DNA of 64,000 nucleotides from Candidatus Micrarchaeia archaeon (GTDB lineage Archaea; Micrarchaeota; Micrarchaeia; Anstonellales; Bilamarchaeaceae): the NCBI GenBank assembly GCA_046538155.1, contig JBKHJL010000001.1, positions 426-64,425 on the forward strand. Reading direction: 5' to 3'. Below are positions 54,117-64,000 of the stretch, one piece after another. Under the pieces are notes generated by a model that worked only from the letters and a program-made list of their open reading frames with translations, searched no databases and had not been told where the DNA came from. How positions within the stretch are numbered: the stretch's first letter is position 1; the number at the start of each line of letters is the position of its first letter. The position numbers and the translations under genes are program-made.

Positions 54117-55388
54117 TTATTCCTCTTCGGTAAGCCCTTTTACGTATCTCCACACCAGGTACGCCAAAATTACAGCTACGAGGGCTCCCCCAACAAAAAG
54201 GCAGGTATTGTCTTCCTCCTCAGGAGGTTGCCCCTCCCCGTTTTCCTCTTCTTTACCATTTTCCTCCCCGCTCTCTTCTTCCGGAGTTACCAGATACTGC
54301 CCGTTCACTGTATTCATGTTCCCTTCTTTGTCGTAAGCAGTTATGGTAAACCTCAAAAGGGTATTTTCCGGGGGCTCAGGGATGTCCACTGCATACTTGC
54401 CGCTGTCTGCATAGGGGACTGCAGTATGGGTAACCCCTTCCAGAGTATAGGTTACTGTGGTTTCTGCAAGGTCGACCCCGCTCGCGTAAGTGTTTGGGTC
54501 ATTAATGTAAAAGAATATTCTCAGTTCCCCATTCTCCCTCTCCACTTCAGTATCTGTTATCTCCGGAGGAGTGATATCAAATGAAACCGTGTATTCTGTC
54601 TGTTCTGCGAGATTTATCTCAGGGGTTTTTTCCATCAGCCCATAAGAAATAACCACGTGTGGGTGCTGGAGGGATATTTCCTCTATATCCACCTCTGCAG
54701 CATCAAATTCCATGTCTTCCACGGTTATTTCCGCGGCAAGGGGGTCCCCCCCGTCATCAACAACCTCAAGATGGAGAGGGTAAACTTTCGCCTGCAGGGT
54801 GTATGTTTTGTCCTCCATCACTTCAATCTCCTTTGTTATTACTCCATTTTTGTAAGGGACCGCGATCTCAAGTATTCCCTTGTTCACTATTATGCCCACA
54901 CATCCGTTTTTAGTAGTATTGCGGTACATCTGGTTTATCCTTATTTGGGTGTTTGCAAGGGGTTGCCCGTACCTGTCCACAATACTGAGTGAAAGCAGGT
55001 ATGCATCTTCAAATCTTACATGGAGTTCGTTGGGGTGGTCGTTTGCCCGTATCTCCCTTTCAACAACCACGCCGTCGTATTCTGTGCGTATTGTGACCCC
55101 ACACTCAACCCTGCTTTCAAATGTTTCAGTATTCCTTATGGTTTCTTCTACCCTGCCGTCTTCCCCGGTGTATTGGGTGTTGGTGGTCACATATCCTTTC
55201 CCGGTGGTCCTGTCCTTCTGGTAGGTAATATTCACCGCTGCCCCTTCAATTGGACGGTATTTGTGGTCAATTACTTTGATGTCCAGGGTATCCACAAACC
55301 CCGGTTCGCAGGCAGTCGCAAGGCCCGGTGAAAAAACAAGAACAAAAAGAATCAGGCAGGGAATCCGGCTCAGGATGTTATTCCACAT
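54117..55388 (-). CDS. cell-surface protein (N-terminal signal, C-terminal TM anchor, acidic linker)
   Basis: Signal ILFVLVFSPGLATAC. The C-terminus has an EEEN-rich spacer then the TM helix LFVGGALVAVILAYLVW. The middle is a beta-rich Ig-like region. Confidence 0.5.
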   Translation of the reverse strand: MWNNILSRIPCLILFVLVFSPGLATACEPGFVDTLDIKVIDHKYRPIEGAAVNITYQKDRTTGKGYVTTNTQYTGEDGRVEETIRNTETFESRVECGVTIRTEYDGVVVEREIRANDHPNELHVRFEDAYLLSLSIVDRYGQPLANTQIRINQMYRNTTKNGCVGIIVNKGILEIAVPYKNGVITKEIEVMEDKTYTLQAKVYPLHLEVVDDGGDPLAAEITVEDMEFDAAEVDIEEISLQHPHVVISYGLMEKTPEINLAEQTEYTVSFDITPPEITDTEVERENGELRIFFYINDPNTYASGVDLAETTVTYTLEGVTHTAVPYADSGKYAVDIPEPPENTLLRFTITAYDKEGNMNTVNGQYLVTPEEESGEENGKEEENGEGQPPEEEDNTCLFVGGALVAVILAYLVWRYVKGLTEEE

Positions 55389-55428
55389 GATATCACAGCT
55401 AATGATTTATTCCCCCACCTTTAAAACC

Positions 55429-57852
55429 CTACTTCTCCTCGTTGCCTGCATCTTCTACCTCTGCTTCTGCCTTTTCCGGGCTCAGGACTGCGCAGGAAGA
55501 TACCCTTTCATTTTCCTTGAGTTTTGCCACCCTTACTCCCATGGTGTTCCTTCCTATAGTGGATATCCCCTGGGCCCCCATGCGTATTATCCTTCCCCTG
55601 GAGCTCACAACCATTATCTCATCGCTGTCATCCACTGCCTTTACTGTGACAACCTTTCCGTTCCTTCCCCCTGTTTTTATGTTGATTATGCCCTTGCCCC
55701 CTCTTCCCTGCACTCGGTAGTCCTCAAGCAGCGTCTTTTTTCCATAACCATTTTCGGTGATGGTCAGGATATGGGGTTTGTTGCATATTGCAAACCCTAC
55801 AACCCTGTCCCCTTTTCTCAGGCGTATCCCCCTCACACCCATAGATCCCCTGCCCGTCTCTCTCACGTCTTTTTCATTGAACCTTATTGCCAGCCCGTTT
55901 TCCGTACCGAGCAGCAGGGTCTGGTTTCCATCTGTTTTTCTTACTCCCACGAGTTCATCCCCTTCTCTGAGAGTTATTGCGCGTATGCCCCCTTTTCTGG
56001 GCCTGCTGAATGCAGAGAGGCTTGTTTTGTTCATTGTCCCGTTCCTGGTTGCCATAATCAGGTATTCATTTTCCCTGAATTCATCCACCGCTATCCAGGT
56101 GTTTATCGTTTCTTCCCTGAGGTCCAGGAGATTCACTATCGGCTTCCCCTTTGAATATCTGCCCCCCTCCGGGACTTTATATGTCTTGAGCCAGTGGGCC
56201 CTTCCCTCATCCGTAAAGAACAGCAGGTACTTGTGGTTGGTCGTGACTATGAGGTCTTCTATGAAGTCGCCTTCAACCGTTTCTGCGCCTATTACCCCAA
56301 GTCCTCCTCTTTTCTGTTTGTGGTATTCTTCCAGGGGGACTCTCTTGATATACCCCCTCTTGGAGAAGGTAACAACAACTTTTTCATCAGGAATCAGCGC
56401 TTCTATGCCTTCATCCTCTTCCCCTTCAATGATTTCTGTTTTTCTGGGGGAGCCGAACTTTGCTTTGAGCTCCTGGGATTCCTGCCTTATTACCTCAAGT
56501 ATTTTCTGCTCATTCCCAAGAAGCTCTTCAAGCTCCCTTATCAGTTCCTCCTTCCCCTTCTTCTCTTTTTCAATTTCCTCCCGTTCCATGCCGGTCAGTT
56601 TCTGCAGTCGCATTTCCAGTATGGCGTTGGACTGCTTTTCAGAAATTCCGTAAATCTTCTCCAGGGAGGTCTTGGCAGATTCCTTGTCCGAAGCCGATTT
56701 TATGATTTCAATGACAGGGTTTATGTTTTGCAGGGCAACAATCAGACCTTCCAGAAGATGCAGCCGGTCCTGCGCCTTTTTGAGCTCAAACCTGCTCCTC
56801 CTTACAATGACCTCTTTGCGGAAGTTGATGAATTCGCTTATCATCTCATGCAGTGTGAGCTCCTTTGGTTTTCCCCCGACCAGCGCGAGGTTTATTATCC
56901 CGAAGCTTTTTTCCAGGTCGGTGTGGGCGTAAAGCTGTCTGAGCACTATTTCCGGGTCCTCCCCCCTCTTGAGGTCCACCTTTATATTCATCCCATCCTT
57001 GTCCGAATGGTCGTGCATTCCACTTATCCCATCTATCTTCTTTTCTTTTACCCTCTCCACAACCTGGCGGATCAGGTTTGTCTTGTTAACCTGGTAGGGT
57101 ATTTCGGTTATGATTATGCGGCCTTCCTCTATCCCTGCCTTTCCCCGTATCTTGACTATTCCCCTCCCTGTGGTGTATGCATCCAGTATCCCCTTCTTTC
57201 CAACTATGCACCCTCCTGTGGGGAAATCCGGGCCATTCACTATGCCCAGCAGTTCTTCTTCTCCTGCCCCGTCTATAACTGCAATAACCCCGTCAAGTAT
57301 TTCTGAAAGATTGTGCGGAGGTACATTTGTAGCCATTCCAACGGCAATTCCTGCGGAGCCATTCACCAGCAGCCCGGGTATTCTGGACGGGAGGACGGTG
57401 GGCTCTTTGAGTGTGCCGTCAAAATTCGGCAGGAATTCCACGGTATCTTTTTCTATGTCCTGAAGGAACTCCTCTGCAATTGCCTTCATCCTCACTTCTG
57501 TATACCTCATTGCTGCTGCAGAATCCCCGTCAACGCTTCCGAAGTTTCCCTGCCCGTCCACAAGTACTTCCCTGAGGCTGAAGGGCTGGGCCATCCTTAC
57601 AAGGGAATCGTATATTGCCGCGTCCCCATGCGGGTGGTATTTACCAAGTACTTCCCCGACTATCCTTGCGCTTTTTTTGTAGGATTTGGTATGGGTGTTT
57701 CCCAGCTCATACATTCCGTAGAGTATTCTCCTGTGCACCGGTTTGAGCCCGTCTCTCACATCCGGAAGGGCCCTGCTGACTATCACGCTCATTGCGTAAT
57801 CCATGTACGAGCTTTTCATGTCTTCTTCAATAGGGATTTCTGTTACTATCAT
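55429..57852 (-). CDS. gyrA: DNA gyrase subunit A
   Basis: [26 protein letters not shown] (active-site Tyr region) and C-terminal beta-pinwheel repeats. 807 aa. Confidence 0.95.
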   Translation of the reverse strand: MIVTEIPIEEDMKSSYMDYAMSVIVSRALPDVRDGLKPVHRRILYGMYELGNTHTKSYKKSARIVGEVLGKYHPHGDAAIYDSLVRMAQPFSLREVLVDGQGNFGSVDGDSAAAMRYTEVRMKAIAEEFLQDIEKDTVEFLPNFDGTLKEPTVLPSRIPGLLVNGSAGIAVGMATNVPPHNLSEILDGVIAVIDGAGEEELLGIVNGPDFPTGGCIVGKKGILDAYTTGRGIVKIRGKAGIEEGRIIITEIPYQVNKTNLIRQVVERVKEKKIDGISGMHDHSDKDGMNIKVDLKRGEDPEIVLRQLYAHTDLEKSFGIINLALVGGKPKELTLHEMISEFINFRKEVIVRRSRFELKKAQDRLHLLEGLIVALQNINPVIEIIKSASDKESAKTSLEKIYGISEKQSNAILEMRLQKLTGMEREEIEKEKKGKEELIRELEELLGNEQKILEVIRQESQELKAKFGSPRKTEIIEGEEDEGIEALIPDEKVVVTFSKRGYIKRVPLEEYHKQKRGGLGVIGAETVEGDFIEDLIVTTNHKYLLFFTDEGRAHWLKTYKVPEGGRYSKGKPIVNLLDLREETINTWIAVDEFRENEYLIMATRNGTMNKTSLSAFSRPRKGGIRAITLREGDELVGVRKTDGNQTLLLGTENGLAIRFNEKDVRETGRGSMGVRGIRLRKGDRVVGFAICNKPHILTITENGYGKKTLLEDYRVQGRGGKGIINIKTGGRNGKVVTVKAVDDSDEIMVVSSRGRIIRMGAQGISTIGRNTMGVRVAKLKENERVSSCAVLSPEKAEAEVEDAGNEEK

Positions 57853-57860
57853 GGGATCAC

Positions 57861-59747
<1,887 letters not shown>

Positions 59748-59780
59748 TCACTCCCTGTGTTTTTTGCTTTCTACATCGTA

Positions 59781-62063
59781 TTATTCAAGGTCTTCAATGG
59801 TCTTTTCCCATTCCCCGACAACATCCTTTACCTTTGCCCGGTCGGATATTACTAGGGCCTGGTGGTTTTTGTATTCCAGATAAACTGCGGCATTCTTTTC
59901 TCCGGAAACCATGAACCGCTTTACCTGGGCCGCTCCCATTTTTTTTGAGAGCACTCTGACATGCTCTTGAAGTTTCAGGAAGAGCACATCAGCAACAGAT
60001 TTCTTTCCTTTTGGGAAAGAATTATAAACCTCAACGTCTTCTGAAAGGAGGACTGCCTGTTTTATGCTTTTCTTTTTCAGCATCTCACGCAATCTCTTTT
60101 CCAGGAACTTGTCCACTTTTATTTCTCTCCTGACAATAACATCTCCCTCAAGCAAATACCCTTTCTTGCGGTGCTCGCTTATGTATTTTTCAACTGCCCA
60201 CTCCCTCCATTGCATCGGAATGAAGAGCAGCGTGTTCATCGGGACCCGCTCATTTCCAGAGAGGGCCCGCTCAAGCTCTTCCTTCCATTCCGGCCATTTC
60301 TCCTCCATTATTTCCACTTTCTCGTCAAGCCGCTTTTCCAGGGTCCCCATCCTTTCTTTGTTAAACCGTATCAGCTGTTTTGCCATCCCCTGTTTTCCCG
60401 AGGCAATCATTTGCTCCAGCCTTTCTATGGGAACAGACACAATCATTGCATACTCGTCCCCCACCTTCATCCCTGTTTTGGAAAGGTCTTCAATCCTCAT
60501 TTTCAGGGCCTGCCAGTGCTCCCTGAGCTCTGCCAGTTCCTCCAGGTTCTCCTCTTTTGTGGCGCCCTTGAGCGCATAGTAGTCGCTACCTGTCATGAAG
60601 CCTTTCAGTACATCCTCTACTACAAGGAAGATGATATATACCCCGATTACAAAGACAAGGATTACTATTGCGCCTGCAAAATCTGAGCCAATGGTTGCCA
60701 TTAGGTTCTCTGCTTCAAATGCCCGAGATTCAACAGGGGCAGTATAGAACATATTTGCCAATACTGCCAGCAGGACCAGGGCAAAACCCACCCCTGCATA
60801 TATCCTCCAGTCGGACATGGGGGCCCCGTATGCATCAAGCAGTGCCTCTTTTGAATCCCTGCGGTCAATGCCTGCCTTTATTGTGTGGTATATTGTTTCC
60901 AGTATCAGCATTGCCAGGAAAAACAGGATCAGCCATACTGAAATAGCCGCCCCTATTGCAGGGTAGTATCCCAGGAAAAGGAAAAGGGAAAACATCCCTG
61001 CAGAAAAGGAAAATATAAAGTTCCCGATCGGGTTTTCATAGAATTCATTGAAGTATTTTATCGCGGAAAGTTTCCTTTCCCGGACACCGGGAAATTTCCA
61101 TTTTCCCATTACTGATTCGTCCGGAGTTGTTTCCGAAGTAAAGCTGTAATACACAAATTTCCCTGAGAAATCCGCCCCTACTTTGTTCCACCCTACGGTG
61201 AGCGGGTCCTGCTCATAAATCTTCCCGTTCCCAAGGACTTCAAGGGAAAATGGCTCCACGGAAACAAGCGCAGGCGGACTGTCCTTTATATAAAGCTCAA
61301 CCGTGTCCTCACTTTCTCCGTTTTTGATGAATATCAATACTTTGTAATCATACTGGGCAGGAGACATTTCCACGTCCCCTATTTTTGAGAGCCCCCCGCT
61401 TAGTTTTGAAATATTGTACTCTGGCTGGCTACATGCGCCGAAACCAGCACCGTTGAAAAGAAGGTTTGCCTTCATAGCGCCGGAGATAGCAATCATCGTG
61501 CTCAGTTTTCCTGCAAGAACGTCCTTTTTCTCCTGTGTTGCAATCGAGTCAATTTCTCCTATCTCTTCCGCGACCCTGTCAAGTTCATTCCCATAGTGGT
61601 TGAAAAGATACAGCTCCCTGCCCAGCGCTTCTTCATTGTATTTTTTTGCGTTTTCGCAGGCCGTAGTGGTGCAGGAAGAAAGGCAGGATTCCTCATCCCG
61701 GCACCCATTAATATTCAGTAAGGCTGCGCAGGCAGATTCTCCTGCTTTTCTTTCCTCCTGGAATTCTGCCACGTCCTGTTTGATTTCCGAGAGGTCCATG
61801 CCGGTCATGGGTCGGTATCCTGTGATGCCCAAATCAAAAGACACAGGGTATGTTATGACGGTCTTCTGCATATATATGCCCAGGTCCTTATCTATTGATT
61901 CCGGGCCGTATTCGTATGTTTTTATCTCCGCTGTCCCATCTCCGTTTATATCCTCTCCTGAAATACTCTGGACCTGCTCGTAACCGGTTATGCTTACCTG
62001 TCTCTCTTCAACACACCCGTAAAACAGAAGGGAGAACAAAAGGAGTATAGTCAGCCATTGCAT
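59781..62063 (-). CDS. large membrane protein with extracellular Cys-containing N-terminal domain and cytoplasmic coiled-coil C-terminal domain
   Basis: Signal LLLFSLLFYGC, a ~330 aa ectodomain, four TM helices (aa ~340-470) and a ~290 aa cytoplasmic K/E-rich domain. No catalytic motif seen. Confidence 0.5.
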   Translation of the reverse strand: MQWLTILLLFSLLFYGCVEERQVSITGYEQVQSISGEDINGDGTAEIKTYEYGPESIDKDLGIYMQKTVITYPVSFDLGITGYRPMTGMDLSEIKQDVAEFQEERKAGESACAALLNINGCRDEESCLSSCTTTACENAKKYNEEALGRELYLFNHYGNELDRVAEEIGEIDSIATQEKKDVLAGKLSTMIAISGAMKANLLFNGAGFGACSQPEYNISKLSGGLSKIGDVEMSPAQYDYKVLIFIKNGESEDTVELYIKDSPPALVSVEPFSLEVLGNGKIYEQDPLTVGWNKVGADFSGKFVYYSFTSETTPDESVMGKWKFPGVRERKLSAIKYFNEFYENPIGNFIFSFSAGMFSLFLFLGYYPAIGAAISVWLILFFLAMLILETIYHTIKAGIDRRDSKEALLDAYGAPMSDWRIYAGVGFALVLLAVLANMFYTAPVESRAFEAENLMATIGSDFAGAIVILVFVIGVYIIFLVVEDVLKGFMTGSDYYALKGATKEENLEELAELREHWQALKMRIEDLSKTGMKVGDEYAMIVSVPIERLEQMIASGKQGMAKQLIRFNKERMGTLEKRLDEKVEIMEEKWPEWKEELERALSGNERVPMNTLLFIPMQWREWAVEKYISEHRKKGYLLEGDVIVRREIKVDKFLEKRLREMLKKKSIKQAVLLSEDVEVYNSFPKGKKSVADVLFLKLQEHVRVLSKKMGAAQVKRFMVSGEKNAAVYLEYKNHQALVISDRAKVKDVVGEWEKTIEDLE

Positions 62064-62226
62064 GTCAAAATTTAGAAGATTTAGCTTATAAACCTTTGTT
62101 TGTCAGCCCCAAAAGCCCACCGTCGTAAAAACACTCCTATCCACAGGCGTTTCCAGGAACTCCGCTATCCCCTGCGTTTTGCCCTGATTAAAGCATTTAA
62201 ATTTTGGTACTGTTCAACTTAACAGG

Positions 62227-63543
62227 ATGGACAAGAAGAAGGTACTGGGGAAGATTGCCCCTTCCCGCCAGGAGACTGCCAGGGCAAAGAAAATTGCCAG
62301 GGATATCCAGAAAGCCCTGCTGAGGCACCTGCCCGGTAATGTGAAAACTGCGCTTGCCGGTTCAGTTGCAAAGGGCACTTTCCTGAAAGGGGCAGGGGAT
62401 ATTGACCTTTTTGCAGTTTTCCCCAAAACATATACAAAAGAAGGAATGTTCAAAAAGCTGGAGAGCGCAGCTAAAAAGGCGTTTCCGGATGCCCCCAGGG
62501 AAACAGGGTACGCAGAGCACCCCTACCTCCGCATCTTTCTTGACGGGAAGCGCATTGATCTTGTCCCATCCTACAAAATGAAGCCGGGCGACAGGATAAA
62601 GTCTTCTGTGGACCGCTCCCAGCTCCACACAGAATATGTCCTGGACAAGATGAAGCCCGCTCAGCAGAGGGAAGTGCTTCTTCTGAAGCAGTTCCTGAAA
62701 GCGAACCTTCTTTATGGCGCGGAAATAAAGAGAAAAGGGTTTTCCGGCTATCTTTGCGAGCTCATGGTCTTGTATTATGGGGATTTTGAAAAAGTTCTGG
62801 AGGCGGCATCAAAATGGAAGCCCCCTGTGGCCCTGGACCCGGAAAACCACTACGGCACTTCCAGGACAATCCCTGATTTCGGGGCTCCCCTCACTGTAAT
62901 AGACCCGGTTGACCTTACCCGCAACGTTTCCGCTGTAATTACTCGTGATAATCTGGGCAGGTTTATGCTTCTTGCCTCCAGCTACCTGGAAAACCCCTCA
63001 GAAAGGTATTTTTTCCCCCCAGCCTTGGGCAGGGAAGAGCTCAGGGAAAAAACAGAAGGGAGGTTTTTGTTTGCCCTGTGTTTTGAAAGGCCGGAAATAG
63101 TTGATGACGTGATGTGGGGGCAGCTCTGGAGGGTTGCCGGAAGGCTGGAATCCTTCCTGAAGAAGGCGGAGTTCGTTGTTCTGGGCACACACCCCTACGC
63201 GACAGAGTCCGTCTGCCTGCTGCTTTTTGAGCTGCGCTCACCGGTACTGCCCAAAACCAGGATATTCAGGGGCCCGTTTCTGGACCAGCACCAGCACATA
63301 TCTCATTTCATAAAGAAGCACACACGCCCTTTCTTTTTTGAGCATGGCAGAATCAATGCGATAGAGGAACGCGAGCTCCGGGACATCTCTCTTGCAATAA
63401 AGCGGTTCAGAAAAGGGAAGACGTTCCCCTCCCATTTCCAGCCCCTTGTGCCCAAAGCGAAGTTTTTTGCGGTAGATTCAATACTTGAGGATTATCCGGG
63501 AGCCCTTGAAGAATACTTCAGGGTTAACTGGGTGCCGCGCTGA
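62227..63543 (+). CDS. cca: archaeal (class I) tRNA CCA-adding enzyme
   Basis: Nucleotidyltransferase motif GSVAKGTFLKGAGDIDLFAVF near the N-terminus. The 438-aa length and overall layout match archaeal Cca. Confidence 0.85.
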   Translation: MDKKKVLGKIAPSRQETARAKKIARDIQKALLRHLPGNVKTALAGSVAKGTFLKGAGDIDLFAVFPKTYTKEGMFKKLESAAKKAFPDAPRETGYAEHPYLRIFLDGKRIDLVPSYKMKPGDRIKSSVDRSQLHTEYVLDKMKPAQQREVLLLKQFLKANLLYGAEIKRKGFSGYLCELMVLYYGDFEKVLEAASKWKPPVALDPENHYGTSRTIPDFGAPLTVIDPVDLTRNVSAVITRDNLGRFMLLASSYLENPSERYFFPPALGREELREKTEGRFLFALCFERPEIVDDVMWGQLWRVAGRLESFLKKAEFVVLGTHPYATESVCLLLFELRSPVLPKTRIFRGPFLDQHQHISHFIKKHTRPFFFEHGRINAIEERELRDISLAIKRFRKGKTFPSHFQPLVPKAKFFAVDSILEDYPGALEEYFRVNWVPR

Positions 63544-63546
63544 TTT

Positions 63547-63566
63547 GTTGTAACCATGGTTACAAC
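63547..63566. promoter_or_regulatory. perfect 20-bp palindrome GTTGTAACCATGGTTACAAC upstream of purP; TATA-like box (CTTTTATTCCTATT) downstream
   Basis: Read directly. It shares a 16-nt core with 12984..12999. Confidence 0.45.
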
Positions 63567-63626
63567 TCTCGCAAACCCTCAACTCTTTTATTCCTATTCG
63601 TGCAGATATTTCCCAAGGTGAGCAAT

Positions 63627-64000
63627 ATGTTTATTTCAACACTGGGAAGCCATTCCGCATTGGATGTTTCAGAGGGGGCAAAAGCAGAAGGCTACAAGTC
63701 CCTGGTTGTCTGCAGGAAAGACCGGGAGATTACTTATTCAAAGCACTATAAAACCCGCAGGCGCGGCTCCCGGGAACTCGGAGTTGTGGATGAGGTAATT
63801 CTTGTAGACAAGTTCACGGATATGGTGAAGCCCGAAGTCCAGGACCAGCTAAGGGATTCTGTTTTCATCCCCAACCGCTCCTTTTCAGTTTATGTGGGTT
63901 ATGACAACATTGAAAATAATTTCAAGACTCCAATTTTCGGAAATAAATATCTTCTCCGCGCAGAGGAGCGCACTGCAAAAAACAACCAGTATGACCTGCT
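63627..64000 (+). CDS. purP: 5-formaminoimidazole-4-carboxamide ribonucleotide (FAICAR) synthetase PurP, N-terminal part (runs off window)
   Basis: N-terminus MFISTLGSHSALDVSEGAKAEGYKSLVV matches the PurP hallmark ...IATLGSHSAL...GAKxEGF. The ATP-grasp pre-domain follows. Confidence 0.65.
   Translation, partial: MFISTLGSHSALDVSEGAKAEGYKSLVVCRKDREITYSKHYKTRRRGSRELGVVDEVILVDKFTDMVKPEVQDQLRDSVFIPNRSFSVYVGYDNIENNFKTPIFGNKYLLRAEERTAKNNQYDL

Noticed and set aside
60064-60686. two 171-aa + ORFs antisense to the 760-aa membrane protein gene
   Set aside because: The minus-strand gene has a coherent signal/TM/coiled-coil architecture. The + ORFs are low-complexity.

Overview
This 64 kb window looks like a chromosomal segment from an archaeon, possibly a DPANN-like lineage. 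The evidence is archaeal r-protein L10e, class III signal peptide pilins, a class-I CCA enzyme, form III RuBisCO, PolB, PurP and an Ogg2-type glycosylase, mixed with bacterial-type genes (NrdR, ATP-PEPCK, gyrase); GC content is mid-range. Housekeeping genes dominate: eno, valS, hisS, pyrC, rpl10e, scpA-scpB, polB, gyrB-gyrA, rad50, cca, purP (partial), a TtuA-like tRNA thiolase, and an nrdR-nrdD-nrdG anaerobic RNR operon with NrdR-box-like palindromes upstream. Other content:
- form III RuBisCO and an ATP-type PEP carboxykinase;
- oxidative-stress genes (desulfoferrodoxin, bacterioferritin-like, flavodoxin);
- metal homeostasis genes (NikR divergent from ZupT, a VIT-like transporter, cation/proton antiporters).
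The less ordinary features are:
1. The NrdD glycyl-radical motif (RVVGY) sits in a separate 54-codon ORF that overlaps the nrdD stop codon.
2. A roughly 3.2 kb island between an imperfect 26-nt direct repeat carries a frameshifted tyrosine recombinase and two orphan genes.
3. Paralogous secreted, lipobox-like cysteine-rich tandem-repeat proteins, one with an N-terminal Kazal-type domain.
4. A perfect GTAACCATGGTTAC palindrome recurs upstream of hisS and purP.
5. A TPR–AAA ATPase lies next to a pilin-like gene.
6. A wHTH, coiled-coil, poly-Lys-tailed protein overlaps rpl10e.
7. One protein is built of three tandem excisionase-like HTH repeats.
No CRISPR array, rRNA or convincing tRNA was recognised by eye.
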